This document shows, one piece after another, positions 14,130-27,007 of a DNA stretch of 64,000 bases. Origin of the DNA: Octopus bimaculoides (taxonomy: Eukaryota); the NCBI RefSeq assembly GCF_001194135.2, contig NC_068982.1, positions 117,794,454-117,858,453 of the forward strand, read 5' to 3'. Each line of letters opens with the position of its first letter. The stretch's first letter is position 1. A model generated the notes under the pieces. That model searched no databases and was not told where the DNA came from. It saw only the letters and a program-made list of their open reading frames with translations. Made by a program: the position numbers and the translations under genes.

Positions 14130-15620
14130 TAGTACCAATGAGACCACATGCATGTGGGGAATGAAATTCAGGAACTCCTTAACCAACTCTCACACACATT
14201 TAAGGCTAATACTAACATCGCCAACTTCTTAGTCTTAAGTCTTCACATCTCAACAGATTTATACAATCATTACCACAAGAGAAACGAACACTTGAAGACG
14301 TCCACTCAGAGTCCAATTGCCCTATATCCATCATAAAACAAATGGTTAGAAGTGTTTCTATTCAAGTCTCGAAATTTTCTCGAAATAAACAAATTTTCGA
14401 AAATATAGCTGACTGCTACAGTCAGCCGCTGGACAGAATTGGGTATTCTGAGAAGACCCCTTATATGCCGAACCCAACACCCTGAACCAGATTAGGATTC
14501 TACACTATGAAAATGTGTATTAATCAACTACAAAATCGTCTACACCCAAACGCACAAAGCATTCCTACACAACTCCAATTAGCCCTAACCTATCAAGGCT
14601 TAACTATATTAGAAACTAAAATAATACTAATTACTCCTCCAATAACACTAGAATTAAAAGAGAAAATTAAAAAAAAAAATTAAATATGAAAATCACCTTT
14701 TATAATCCTCCTTTTAATCTCCAGGTCCAAATAACTACTGAAAGTTCCCTCTTCTCCCCTTAAAACTAACTTTCCACTGAACCATTAATATCAACATGTT
14801 TTAAACAAATATAAAAATTAGGTTCTCTCACTCTACAACATCCAAACTTGCAGATAATACTTCAGCGTGTAATAACTGCAAATAATTAATGCAATTACTG
14901 AACATACGATACCAAACGGTTATTTTGAGAGAAACACTGCTCATGTCTCTGACCATAATATCCTCTTTGCTGATCCTTTACCCCGGCCGACTGACTTTGA
15001 TTCGAAACTAACCGGCTGTTCTAACAACATCCATTCCATTTCATCTAAGATAAAATTTTCGACAGGTGATCCCAAACAAACGTCTGACACCAACAAACCC
15101 AGCACTACTCCTGATGGAGCCTCTACGACCAAAACTGCGAAGAGACATTCGAGTGCCATTTGGATGGAATCTGTCTCACCAAAAACATTTTTTACATGTG
15201 ACTGCTCATCACAAGCTCATACAGACCACGGCCAATAATTATAGAAAGCGCTATTACACATACGTTCATTCATCTAAAAACCGAAGTGTGTCCATTCTAC
15301 CTCATTCACCGAGTACACATTGCAGCTGAAAATACAAATAACCCAACACTCACTGCAATGGAACGTAGAGAATTACCTAACGGCGTACACGGAAGAAACA
15401 AAGTCATGCCAATTATGCACACGGGAAGCAAAACAAATCTTTCTGGCGCAGACACATGTTCTGAACAAACGAAATGAACTACTAATCAATTGCAACCATA
15501 TGATTCTCAGAACATTCAGACTGTCTTATAAAACGGATCTAGATTATAGATTAATCGCACTCACCGAAACAACATTCTCTGAATGTTTACACGACTACTA
15601 TATAAGACTTCCATAATAAA
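14130..15620 (+). mobile_element. decayed Penelope-like element (RT thumb, linker, GIY-YIG C-terminus)
   Basis: Frameshifted ESNCPISIIKQ, ITFYNPPF, CHLDGICLTKN, CQLCTREAKQI...LNKRNELLINCNH match PLE motifs SNHPP, WFNPPF, CPLxGxCL and LNKRxEL..C.H. Confidence 0.85.
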
Positions 15621-16115
15621 CCAACTCAGTTCTCGCTTTCACTGTGTGTCATATTTGAATTTCTCTAACAATCCTCTTTGTTACTGGCAGNNNNNNNNNN
15701 TTTGTTACTGGCAGTCATATTTCACCATTTCTATATATATGTATATGCATATGCATAACTATACCAAAGTCTTTTCTCTAGATGTAATGATATATCTCTC
15801 AATGTTTGTGTGCATACATATGTATGTATATGGTTGTATCTATCTATGCTTATGTATGCGTGTATGTATATATAGGTGTGTGTGTATGTAGGCGTGGGTA
15901 TGTGTATAAATTTACATACATCTATGTATGTGTGTATGTACATATTTACATCTGTATGCATGTGTGTATATATCTATATGTATATGCGCTTATATATATA
16001 TACGTATATATACATACGCATGCTCGCGCGCAAACACACACATATGTATGCAGATATCAGTATTTTAAGTATGAAGTCTGAAATATATGACCATTAGCCT
16101 TCTCAGTGTAGTATC

Positions 16116-16197
16116 TATCAGCACACAACTTTTATGGTTGTTCTTCTTATTTTTATCAGCACACAACTTTTATGGCTGTTCTTCCTATTTTTATCAG
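16116..16197. repeat. 38-bp tandem duplication
   Basis: Unit tatcagcacacaacttttatgg(t/c)tgttcttc(t/c)tatttt occurs twice, plus a 6-nt partial copy. Confidence 0.9.
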
Positions 16198-16650
16198 AAC
16201 ACAGACAAACACAAACATATGGTTCTCACTTCCCTTCCACAAGTAGTCATTGTGATTAAAAATTGCATCTGGAAAAGTCTCCAAAAATCATAAAGCATTT
16301 TGTATGTTTTATTCTTCTCGTTATTCTTTCTTTCCTCGTTATTTCATCCCTTTCACATTTCTTCGACATCTCTGATCTTGCAGTGGAGTAAGACGCTACC
16401 ATCTTTCAGCTACAAGGCCACCCGACCATACTGTTTCAATATATTTGTGGTCAACCTCAGTCGTGGATACTCATCCGCTAAAGATAACAGTAGTTCCTTC
16501 CAGTTCACAATATACGTAAAAATAATGACGGAGTCACTGATTTTGCAACAGATAAATTAGCTAGTTAGAAAATCTCTACAAGAGATGAAAGCAGCAACTC
16601 TTCTGAGGAATAATACTTATCCTAATCCAAACATTCTGTTCTGTAGGAAA

Positions 16651-16817
16651 CATGCCAATTATGCACACGGGAAGCAAACCAAATCTTTCTGCCACAGACA
16701 CAGGTTCTGAACAAACGAAATGAACTACTAATCAATTGCAACCATATGATTCTCAGAACATTCAGACTGTCTAATAAAACGGATCTAGATTATAGATTAA
16801 TAGCACTCACCGAAACA
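16651..16817 (+). repeat. direct duplicate of PLE 3' segment 15405-15571
   Basis: catgccaattatgcacacgggaagc...ctcaccgaaac is near-identical in both places. Confidence 0.92.
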
Positions 16818-16989
16818 TTTTCTCAGGAGAACGTCTCCTCCAGTTGGTTATTCAATGCAATCTGCATCCGATATACATATTGTAGGCAGATAATGAACCC
16901 CTAGCAACTTCAAGCCGCGCGACTCCCAGACCGTATGCTTTCGAGCACAGTGTCGTCAACCTAGTTATTGGACACACGTCCACTAGAGA

Positions 16990-17426
16990 TAGAAGCCAAG
17001 TTTAAATGGCGATAACTATTAATAGTTGTCATGGCGATACCTGCTCAGAAGCCTGCTCAAAGATTCGGAAAGTGTATGAACCGCACACTGGTGTACGAGT
17101 GATTCAGAATTTTCCAAGACGGCCGAAAAAATGTCGACATTTACGAACGTTATGGGAGACTCACAACCAAAAGAACTGAGGAAAACATCGCAGATGAGCG
17201 GGCAGCTGTGAGAGGAACTCGTTGAATCACCATCTGTGAGTTATCAGAGGATGTACAGATTAAATACGGTTCAGTTCAGTCCATCATCACTGAAGATTTG
17301 TGTATACGGTGCGTGGCTGCCAACTTTGTGCAAAAACTCCTTTCGTTTGACCCCAAAAAGGCTCGGGTTTCAGTTGCACAAGATCCCCTATATTGTGTCG
17401 AGAACGATGAAAACTTTTTGAAAATT
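16990..17426 (+). mobile_element. mariner transposase 5' fragment, truncated by gap
   Basis: VYE*FRIFQDGRKNV...ITICELSEDVQI...SIITEDLCIRCVAANFVQKLLSFD..RVSVAQD: HTH plus WVPxxL-equivalent region. Confidence 0.85.
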
Positions 17427-17826
17427 NNNNNNNNNNNNNNNNNNNNNNNNNNNNNNNNNNNNNNNNNNNNNNNNNNNNNNNNNNNNNNNNNNNNNNNNNN
17501 NNNNNNNNNNNNNNNNNNNNNNNNNNNNNNNNNNNNNNNNNNNNNNNNNNNNNNNNNNNNNNNNNNNNNNNNNNNNNNNNNNNNNNNNNNNNNNNNNNNN
17601 NNNNNNNNNNNNNNNNNNNNNNNNNNNNNNNNNNNNNNNNNNNNNNNNNNNNNNNNNNNNNNNNNNNNNNNNNNNNNNNNNNNNNNNNNNNNNNNNNNNN
17701 NNNNNNNNNNNNNNNNNNNNNNNNNNNNNNNNNNNNNNNNNNNNNNNNNNNNNNNNNNNNNNNNNNNNNNNNNNNNNNNNNNNNNNNNNNNNNNNNNNNN
17801 NNNNNNNNNNNNNNNNNNNNNNNNNN
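17427..17826. other. assembly gap (others at 15691-15700, 24065-24222, 40137-40146, 41399-41540, 44397-45237, 57922-58073, 58634-58713)
   Basis: N runs, mostly flanked by microsatellites. Confidence 1.
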
Positions 17827-17899
17827 ATATACACACACACAAATATAGATAGATACATATATACATATATACCTACATATATATACATATATATGTATG

Positions 17900-17937
<38 letters not shown>

Positions 17938-18456
17938 CGTGTGTGTGTGTGCGCATTTATGTATACTTTTTAAAATGTTTATAGATTCAATCTTAAATCA
18001 CTATCATGAATTCTTGTGAATGGTCCTTAATTAGTGTTTCGGATCATCAAATAGATAGATCGAAATTACAACTGAATGCAGAATCGTATTATATTCATCA
18101 GCGTATCAAAAACGAGGTCATTACGCAGAGACATGCTTGTGTCAGTTTGGGATTGATCACAGTCCTTTGTTATTCAAATTGATATCTTCACACAAGTTAA
18201 AATTCTAGCCATAAATAGATTCCAAATCATTATTCCAATAAAACTTCTCTAAACAGTTCAATGCTGTATACATTCACCTCCCTTGCTTTGCTTCACACAT
18301 ATGGACAAGTCTGCAATTTTGTCAATAATTCAGATAGAATGAGCTGAGGGACATGGGATATAATAGCACTTATAACCTTTCATACAGTATAAAAATGAGG
18401 AAGCGAAATGATATGAATTCAACAGGAAATCGAAATCATGCCGTGTGAGTGTTAGA

Positions 18457-18630
18457 GTGGAAAAGTCGTTAGCACGCTGGTCAAAATACTTAGCGTTATT
18501 TCGTCCGTCTTTACCTTCTGAATTCAAATTTCGAAATGGTCGACTATGCCTTTTATACTTTCGTGGTCGCTAAAATAAGTTTCGGTTAAATTCCGTGGTC
18601 GTTGCATGCCACACACCCTCCCACGAAATG
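18457..18630 (+). mobile_element. family A SINE, left arm of hairpin
   Basis: gtcgttagcacgctggtcaaaatac...ttctgaattcaaatt. Confidence 0.85.
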
Positions 18631-18649
18631 TAGGCAGTTGGCTGCCTAA

Positions 18650-18867
18650 AAAACATTAAATTCAAATTCTGGCAGAAGGCCAGCAATTTCCTGGAAGGGA
18701 GTGTGCCATGCAACGACCCCAGAATTCAACCGAAACTTATTTTAGCGACCACGAAAATGTAAAAGGCGTAGTCGACCATTTCGAAATTTGAATTCAGAAC
18801 GTAAAGACGGACGAAATATCACTAAGCATTTTGACCAACGTGCTAACGATTCTTCCAGCTCGCCGCC
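18650..18867 (-). mobile_element. family A SINE, right arm of hairpin
   Basis: Minus strand reads ggcggcgagctggaagaatcgttagcacg...ggccttctgcc. Confidence 0.9.
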
Positions 18868-20126
18868 TTGATCCCTTTGTGAATAAGGACAAGTGATTAG
18901 CCACTCTATGGAATTATAATTGTTCCCATTTCGAGCTTTGCTTTTGTCATCCCTCTCTCTATAAAATATTTATCTCTGAGGCACTGCAAAAGATCAAATC
19001 TGAACGGTCTTTCATAAACTGTGATATTTATAAAAGAAAGTCGATGGAAATGGGTGTGGGCACGAAACGAGCTTTAATTGGGGTACATTTGTTACGAAAC
19101 ATTCATGTAATACGAAGTGTTTAAAATAGAGTGAATACAACTTGTTTTGGGAAGTAGGCATATTAGCAACATTTTCTTTCACCGGAGATTTCACATTTTG
19201 GAATAATAAACCTGTTTTATATAATTTTTGTATCTTCATGGTGTTAAGAAAGTTAATAGAGTTCAAATGTCTATATTACTGAATTTGTTTATTCACACAT
19301 CCTTGGCCATTTGTCTGAACAATGAAAACTTCTAGAGAAATAATGATCATATCAATTATCTTACTTTAAGTAAGTGCAAAATAGATTTAACACACGTTAG
19401 GTACATGGTTGTACTGAACTCACCGACAACTAAAAATATCTTACTAATTAAAAGGATAAAAGTGAAAAATCGGCTAACACATATATATGATGCAGACAAA
19501 CCCGAATTATTGGTCGAGTCCTCAGATACAAAATTGTCTTTCTGACTTTTTCAGAAATTTTTCAATAAAATAAGATGCTGTGAAAACACAAGATATTTCT
19601 AGTTTCGAAATTATATGCACTGAATGATTTAGATGGGAGAGAAACACATTCAGTCATTTAAAAGATGCTAGTTTCATCAGTTTTCGATTTGTGCGTTCGA
19701 AACAATAATTAAACCTGAAACTGTATATAATTAATGAATTACGCATCCAACAGCAATTAATAACATATACTGAAATAGTTCATGAATATAATATATAATT
19801 ATAACGAAAAACACGAATTAACTTCTCCTTGGGGTGCCTACGATCTTAGAAGAAAACATAACAAACGAGTTACCACTTATAATACCTGGCAATAAAATGT
19901 TTTTCATATAAACCGAGACGGATGTGGACACGTCTTTAACGCCAAATGGTAAAAAAATATATCAGCTGTCTTAGATATCGTCGCAGACGTATTTTCAATT
20001 TATTTGTAAAGATATTCAGTAGGAATAAATATATAAAAGAATGGAAGTAATGTAGTGACATTAATTATCAATGTGGTTTAGCGAATTTGCCTCAGTTTAG
20101 TGATATACATATTGCACATACATGTG

Positions 20127-20340
20127 AGGTGGTGAGCTTGCAAAACTGTTAGGACACCGGAGTAATGCTTGGCTTTATTTCATCCTTCTTCACATTCTGA
20201 ATTCAGATTTTTCCGAGGATAACTTTGTCATTTATCTTTTCGTAGTCGATAAAATTAGTGACTGGGCCAATTTAATCGACTAGCACCCCCCCCCCCCAAA
20301 AAAAAACCTCATTGCGTTGTGCCTGAACTTGAAACCAATA
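20127..20340 (+). mobile_element. older, diverged family A SINE
   Basis: aggtggtgagcttgcaaaactgttag...ttctgaattcag...gtcgataaaatt...cccccaaaa. Confidence 0.7.
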
Positions 20341-20392
20341 TTACACTCACATGAAGCAGCATATCACTTATGTAATATAGTAAATCGAAAAA

Positions 20393-20596
20393 GGCAGCGA
20401 GTTGGCAGAAGCGTTAGCACACTGGGCGAAATGCTTTGCGGTATTTCATCACTCTTTACGTTCTGAGTTCAAATTCCGCTGAGGTAGAGTTTGCCTTTCA
20501 TCGTTTCAGGGTCGATAAATTAAGTACCAGGATGTCAATCTAATTTACTGGACCCCTCCCCCAAAATTCCGGTCCTTGTGCATAGAGAAGAAAAGA
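20393..20596 (+). mobile_element. family A SINE with 18-bp target site duplication
   Basis: Full-length copy flanked by the perfect direct repeat atatagtaaatcgaaaaa at 20375-20392 and 20597-20614. Confidence 0.92.
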
Positions 20597-20651
20597 TATA
20601 GTAAATCGAAAAACTTCAATGAAATGATATTATTCATGCGTTAGATATATA

Positions 20652-21608
20652 TTAGGTCGCCAAATATGAAATTTGTAGAGACGAAAAAAAAGTTTGCAAA
20701 TGTTTTATAAATACAAGGAATAGTGTTAATTCATCAAAGTATGCACCCATATTGTCAATACAGTTTTACTATTTCAGCGGTAGGTTGTCCAGTCAAGAAT
20801 TGCAAAAGCCTGGCAATCTACAGTCAATAAAATCTCGGAAGGCCTGTTTTACAGTATGGTCGGAATTAATTTTCTTTCCTATCAAGTTATCCAAATCTGC
20901 ATGAAGTGGTAGTCAGTGGCGGAAAGATCACGTAAGTATTGTAGATGAAGGAGAACTTCCAACTTCAACTCCTGTAGTTTCACCAACGTCATTTTTGCAA
21001 TATGTGGTCTGGCGTTGTCTTGCAATAAAATAGGAGTGGATCTGTTGACTAATCTAGGCTGTCTTTTTTGTAAGTTTTGGCATCATTTAGTCCAGTTGGC
21101 TGCAGTATACTTCGACCTTGATTGATCTAATGAAATCATAATGGATCACACCTGTGCCAAACCAGCAAACACATACCATCAGCTTCTTTTGATGCATTTT
21201 GCTTTTGGATTGTGTTTTGGTGGCTCGTCTTTCTCCAACCATTGTCCCGAACGTTTACGGTTGTTATATTGGATCCGTTTCTCACAACACGTTACAATTC
21301 GATTAAAAAATGATTCATTATTGTGACGAGAAAGTAGCACAGTGCAGACTTCCAAACGTTGCTGTTTCTGATTTTCATTGAGTTCATCTGGAACTCACTT
21401 ATTCAAATTTTCACTTTACCGACTTGAACTAGGTGCGTCAATATTGTTTGCTTGCTAACACCAAAAACTATAATTCACGGCCACTTTAAGATGGATCTGA
21501 TTCGACGGTGGCTTTCAGTTCGTCATTATCCACCTTTGTTTCTGGTCAACTGCGTTAGTCATGTGTGAGGTCAGAGTTACCAGAACGAAATTTTACAGAC
21601 CAATTTGA
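20652..21608 (-). mobile_element. internally deleted mariner element
   Basis: Minus strand LVNRSTPILLQDNARPHIAK...DLSATDYHF...MGAYFDE. Imperfect TIR-like ends with TA on both sides. Confidence 0.88.
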
Positions 21609-22899
21609 TAGTGTCTGCTGTGTAATAACATTAGAATGAAATATTCCATTAATATTCCGAGCTGTCTGTAATGTTATATTTCCAAGCAAATATTAATATT
21701 TCCAAACTGTACGAATTTCCTACTTCTCCATCCCTAAAAACAAATAGCAAGAAACGATTTATAAATACTTTATAAAGCGCAAAATGAGTTAGAATAAAGA
21801 AATAGACGTGTCAGCTTTCTAACAAAAAATAGATTGTCAAAATATAATAATGACGCAAAATGAGCAGCTGTCAAGGTTTACCATATACCTTTCTACATAT
21901 TTCATACTTGACGACCTAATATTTCACATATAGTAAGTTTTTTTCTGTGATACTTCCATGTTAGTTGTGCTGCCAACTTTTATACTCAGTGTCACTAAAT
22001 TCCTTTTATTTTTTTATGTACTTTACACTTTTGCGTCATGTTAACTGAGTAGACAATGTTCCCTGAAGTCATATACACACGAAACATCCGTAAGTTTCAC
22101 CAATAAGCGCTGAAGCTATCATTTGTCAATCGTCTTAAATTTTCTGAAATTTCTATTGGCTCTTCTGTTCATACACTTTACTGAACTTCATTAATCGTTA
22201 ATAAGAATGATAATCTGGAAAAGAGAAAGTCCGTGCTTGACTTCTTATGGTCTTTTTATGATTGTTTATCACGGACAATTTCAATATTTCACAAAAAATG
22301 TTATTCTAAATATTATACACCGAGATGTTAGTAACCTTTGAATATCTAATTAATTCACGTTTAACAGCATTTTCAGCCCCGGAGTAATTTGTTTGCTTCT
22401 CTAATATTCATGCATATCAGAAATGAAAACAGTAACTCTAGGTGACCTTCTGTAAGATTTTGAATAATGTAATTACTTAAGAGTGTATATCACTTTTTAC
22501 CAATGCCGTGTATTTTTCATTAATTTGCACGTAGCTAACAGTTTGCATTGCAAATATTCACTTAAATTAATTGAATCCAATAAGAGAAAATGTGGATAGC
22601 TTTTATCAGAGTCAGATGATGTATGAATAGACAACTTGGGTATTTCTATCATCATTCTAAAGCTAATAATAAAACAATTCTCTCAGACACAATTTTAATA
22701 AGCTACTGCGTAAATAAGTTAATATAATATTATATATATATATATATATATACAAGACGAATCGGATGTCAAGAGAACACAGACTGTAATAGTGAACGTG
22801 GTAGATTTTAATACTGTTCTTCCATGAAAGTAGATGATATAAAAGCAACGTAAATGTTATTTAAAATGTATTATAAATATAATAGCTTATTGTTTTCAT

Positions 22900-23275
22900 T
22901 CATCATGTATCATTATTTACTATAGTTAACTCACCAATATAGACAAGTTCGCAATAAATATATGTGTGTGTATGTATAGTTCTCTGCTTTTTTCTCTCTC
23001 TCTCTCTCTCTGTAATATCTTTACCGTGTACTTGCCTCCTTAGTGGCTCCCCTTCCCTCACATTCACGACACTAATCATGCTCTCCGTCACTATAACCTT
23101 TTGTCTTTCCCGTCTTGTCATTCTCAACTTACGTTTTCTCGCGATATTAAGTCCTTGTATACGGTAATCGCACACAACGAGGACCTTCTTGCGCTTAATT
23201 AATTCCTTGACCTTCAGCCACACCCTCAACGTGACAATTCCACACTTCTTCGTACCTCAACGTGACACAGCACAC
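22900..23275. mobile_element. possible solo LTR-like remnant
   Basis: TG...CA-like ends, duplicated ctcaacgtgaca at the right end, strong purine/pyrimidine skew. No internal domain. Confidence 0.2.
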
Positions 23276-23351
23276 ATACATAAGTATATAAAAATATATG
23301 TCTACTATACACCGTTTTAAACACGTGATTACCTCTGTGTGTGCTTGTAAA

Positions 23352-23430
23352 TGTGTCTGTGTACGTGTGTGTGTCTGTGTACGTATGTGTGTCTGTGTAC
23401 GTGTGTGTGTCTGTGTACGTGTGTGTGTGT
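23352..23430. repeat. 18-bp minisatellite (gtgtgtgtctgtgtacgt) x4
   Basis: Direct reading. Confidence 0.9.
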
Positions 23431-24279
23431 GAAGTCCTATAACTGTCTGTCTCTTTACTTTTTAGGATCTTCCCTGTTGCTGTTACATATTCTGAAATTT
23501 TAATTTCCAAATTTTGTCATATTGAAATAATTTTCCTCGTTAAATCAGATTTTGTTAATCATCTGTTCCAGACAATTTCCAGAAAAATGTTACTAAACTA
23601 AAGCTCAGTAACATTTTTCTGGAAGTTTAATCAATTTTACCTAATCAGCAATCAGGATTTGGAAGCTGGCATTTTCTGTATGATAGCTGTCTGTCACGAA
23701 ACGAAAGCAACAACATTAAGAGGAGGATTTTTATTATGTAAACGAAAGCAAAGCATTACGACGGCCGAGGTTGTAAGACAGTCTGAAGCTTTAATGAAGA
23801 AAATCATGTGAAACGGTCGAACAGACATGTAAATAATATAAAGAAAATTCTCAACAAAAATTGCTCAAATCTGTCCTGATTAAGAGGCCTTTGTGTCGGT
23901 AAAGGCGTACTCTGACATGGAATAAATAAAAATTTATATGATACATTCTATTCTGGCAACGACGGCTATTCAGGTAGTGTATACACACACACACACAAAC
24001 ACACACACACATATATCCATATGAATATCTGCATATACTATTATATATATATATATATATATATNNNNNNNNNNNNNNNNNNNNNNNNNNNNNNNNNNNN
24101 NNNNNNNNNNNNNNNNNNNNNNNNNNNNNNNNNNNNNNNNNNNNNNNNNNNNNNNNNNNNNNNNNNNNNNNNNNNNNNNNNNNNNNNNNNNNNNNNNNNN
24201 NNNNNNNNNNNNNNNNNNNNNNTTGACAGTTAATATTATCGAGGTAACACTCAAGAAAAAAATAAAAATGACAATGCAA

Positions 24280-24590
24280 ACGCTACAACACTTCGAGCAT
24301 TGTCCTTCTTCGAATATTAGAGGAAATTCCAGAAAAATAAGATAAGTAAAAAAAGAGAAGGAGAATGAAAAAAAAAAACGAAAGAAGGCCAGAAAAGTAA
24401 GGAGCAGGTGAATTAGGACACAAAAGTCCGAACTCTTTCATAACCCATACAATTGATCCAGAACAACATTCAGCTTGGGTAAGTAACGGATATAATGTTG
24501 TACTAGTACTAGGCAGGTTCTCATTTATATCTCAATGCACTTCTTCAACAAGTCTCGTGGTTTCTACAAGGAGACAGCAAGCTTTCCTCT
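24280..24590 (-). mobile_element. probable PLE 3' end/pLTR remnant with decayed hammerhead-like motif
   Basis: ETTRLVEEVH*DINEN resembles the GIY-YIG GETxR..EH motif. It is followed by a strand-skewed tract and TCGAAGA-AGGACAATGCTC-GAAGTGTTGTA. Confidence 0.4.
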
Positions 24591-25189
24591 CTAGGAATCG
24601 AAAATACGATGCCAAGATCGTGAATAAGCCTAATAGCCTGACCGTTATAGCAAGAGTCTATATACTACGAGCAGGCACACACATGCATACATATATATCC
24701 CCACCACACTCACACACATTCATATAAAACCTACGCAATCACATATAAATTTTATGTGACTGTATGTGCGTAGCTGACTGAATTATATTCCATTTGGCTA
24801 TCTAATCACATTCATTATTGATACGTTACCCATGTCATTATCAGTATGGTTTCAACTTGTATTTATTATCACAACAGTATGTAATTTTAGTCATTATCAC
24901 AATGGTGTCTAGTTGCAATTCTGAATTCGTTGTTGTCCAGTTTTCTTTATTATCACTATATTATCTAAATTTCTTCATTATTACTTTCTGCATAGTTTTA
25001 TTCATCATCATTCAGATTTCGAGCATAGCGAAATTATTATCAGGACATAACACGTTCTATGATATCACTAACAATGTTAATTCAGCAGACGTATTCCAGT
25101 TTGATTTTACAAAAACGAGTGGTTCTCATTCTGTATGAGATACCTAATGGTGTAAGCCCCGGTTTGATACAACTGTACGGATTATCACT

Positions 25190-25497
25190 GATGTTTACAC
25201 ACACATACACACACATACATACATACACACACATACATACATACACATACACACACACAAACGTACGCATACACACGCACACACACGCACACATACACAC
25301 ACACACGCACAAACACTCAAACAAACACTCAGACATATACATACAACGGGCTTCATCCAGTTTTCATTTACTCACGAGGAAGTGGTGCCCCAAGGTTATA
25401 ATAAAAATGATCTGAGCAAGGTCTCACGACATAGTGGAACTAAGCAGGGAACCATGTAGTTTGAAGCAAACTTCTTACCACACAGTCAGGCTTGTAC
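25190..25497 (-). mobile_element. tRNA-derived SINE (family B) with TG-rich body
   Basis: Minus strand gactgtgtggtaagaagtttgcttc...catggttccctgcttagttccact (A/B box-like). Confidence 0.75.
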
Positions 25498-25519
25498 CTA
25501 TTGAAATGAGACGGTGGAC

Positions 25520-25613
25520 GAGGAAAGCTTGGTGTCTCCTTGTAGAAACCACGTGACTTGTTGAACAAGTGAGTTGAGATATAAATGAGAATCTGCCTAG
25601 TACTAGTGCAACA
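25520..25613 (+). repeat. inverted copy of 24496-24589
   Basis: 94 bp, about 7 mismatches by eye. Confidence 0.92.
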
Positions 25614-25812
25614 GTATCTCTGTTCTCTTCATCATATATGCAGTCATCACATTCAATTAGAATGTTTTATTGATGTGTTTGGTTTTTTTCTTTCCCTGAT
25701 GAGAAGATCGCATTGTTATACGCAATTTTATCCTTTCTCGAATAATACCAACGTTTTCTTCGAAAGATGTTCGAAGTATAAAGATTTGAATAACACCTGC
25801 GTTTAACTCCAT

Positions 25813-25814
<2 letters not shown>

Positions 25815-25887
<73 letters not shown>
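25815..25887. repeat. (AT)n microsatellite
   Basis: Direct reading. Confidence 0.98.
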
Positions 25888-25894
<7 letters not shown>

Positions 25895-26199
25895 ATTTGG
25901 GGATGGTCATGTTGTCAGTTTAGCCAATAAAAACACACGCACTGTATATTTGGTGTTAATTTGCTTCAGCTTTATATTATATTACATTACATTAATCATA
26001 TTTCGGCCAGAGTTCTTTCTTCACACTTCTGTGACCTCATCTGTAGTCCTTTGCTTTCTTCTTTCTTATATGTGTGTCCCTCCTTGCTAACGATCAGCCA
26101 TTTTGTATTTTGTATTCCTATTGTATGTGTCTACTCATGCGTATCCCTCTATGTATGTCTATGTTTTGTAAGTGCATGTGTGTGTATGGGGAGTGTCTG

Positions 26200-26665
26200 T
26201 ATTATCTGTATCCTCTGTTAATACATGAAACCATCAAACGTAACGATAGGAATGGGATTTGCCCACTCTATAGGAGCAAATCATGGAACACCATTGAAAG
26301 GATTAAGAAGAAAATAGGGAAGGCCAACTGATGGTATGATAGCCACAAATACCAGAGCGTCATGTTCGTCGATACCACCCCTAAAGGCGAACTGGCGTAC
26401 TGCTTTAGAAGGGCCCTAGATAAACTTAAACTAAGAATTAAGGTTGTTGAAAGGCCAGGCAAACCTATCAAATCCCTTATCAGTAGAACCTACCCTTTTA
26501 GTAGAGCCCCCTGCACTGATAGGTACTGTACTGTATGTAGATTTAGCCCACAAACAAACTGTAAAGCCAGAGATGTGGTCTATAGTATAAAATGTACAGA
26601 GGGACGATGCAGTAACAAGACAACAACGTATGTACGGGAAACAGCACGGAGCATAGGAGAGCGGG
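26200..26665 (+). mobile_element. PLE fragment: linker, zinc-knuckle and GIY-YIG N-terminal half
   Basis: PLYRSKSW...MFVDTTPKGELA...IKVVERPGKPIK...CTDRYCTVC...NCKARDVVYSIKC...YVRETARSIGER. Confidence 0.87.
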
Positions 26666-26890
26666 TAGTCGTTCTTCACTCGTTTGTTACTGTTTTTAGT
26701 TTGACTCATGTCCATTGTCCAAAAATGTTTCCTCATGCATTTGTGACCTCTTCAGCGAGTGAAGAACGAATATATAGAGCATGCCAAAAAAGTAAATAAA
26801 TAAAAATTGACCTTCACGAAATAAAACAATACCTGTTCCAACACATGGTTTCACATCAGGAATCATGTAACACAAATTCATAAACGTATA

Positions 26891-27007
<117 letters not shown>

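Noticed and set aside
15677-15714. tttgttactggcag repeated on both sides of a 10-N gap
   Set aside because: Typical contig-overlap artefact.
25695-25750. CTGATGA with a loose hairpin followed by GAAT
   Set aside because: The core reads GAAU, stem II is poor and there is no stem I.
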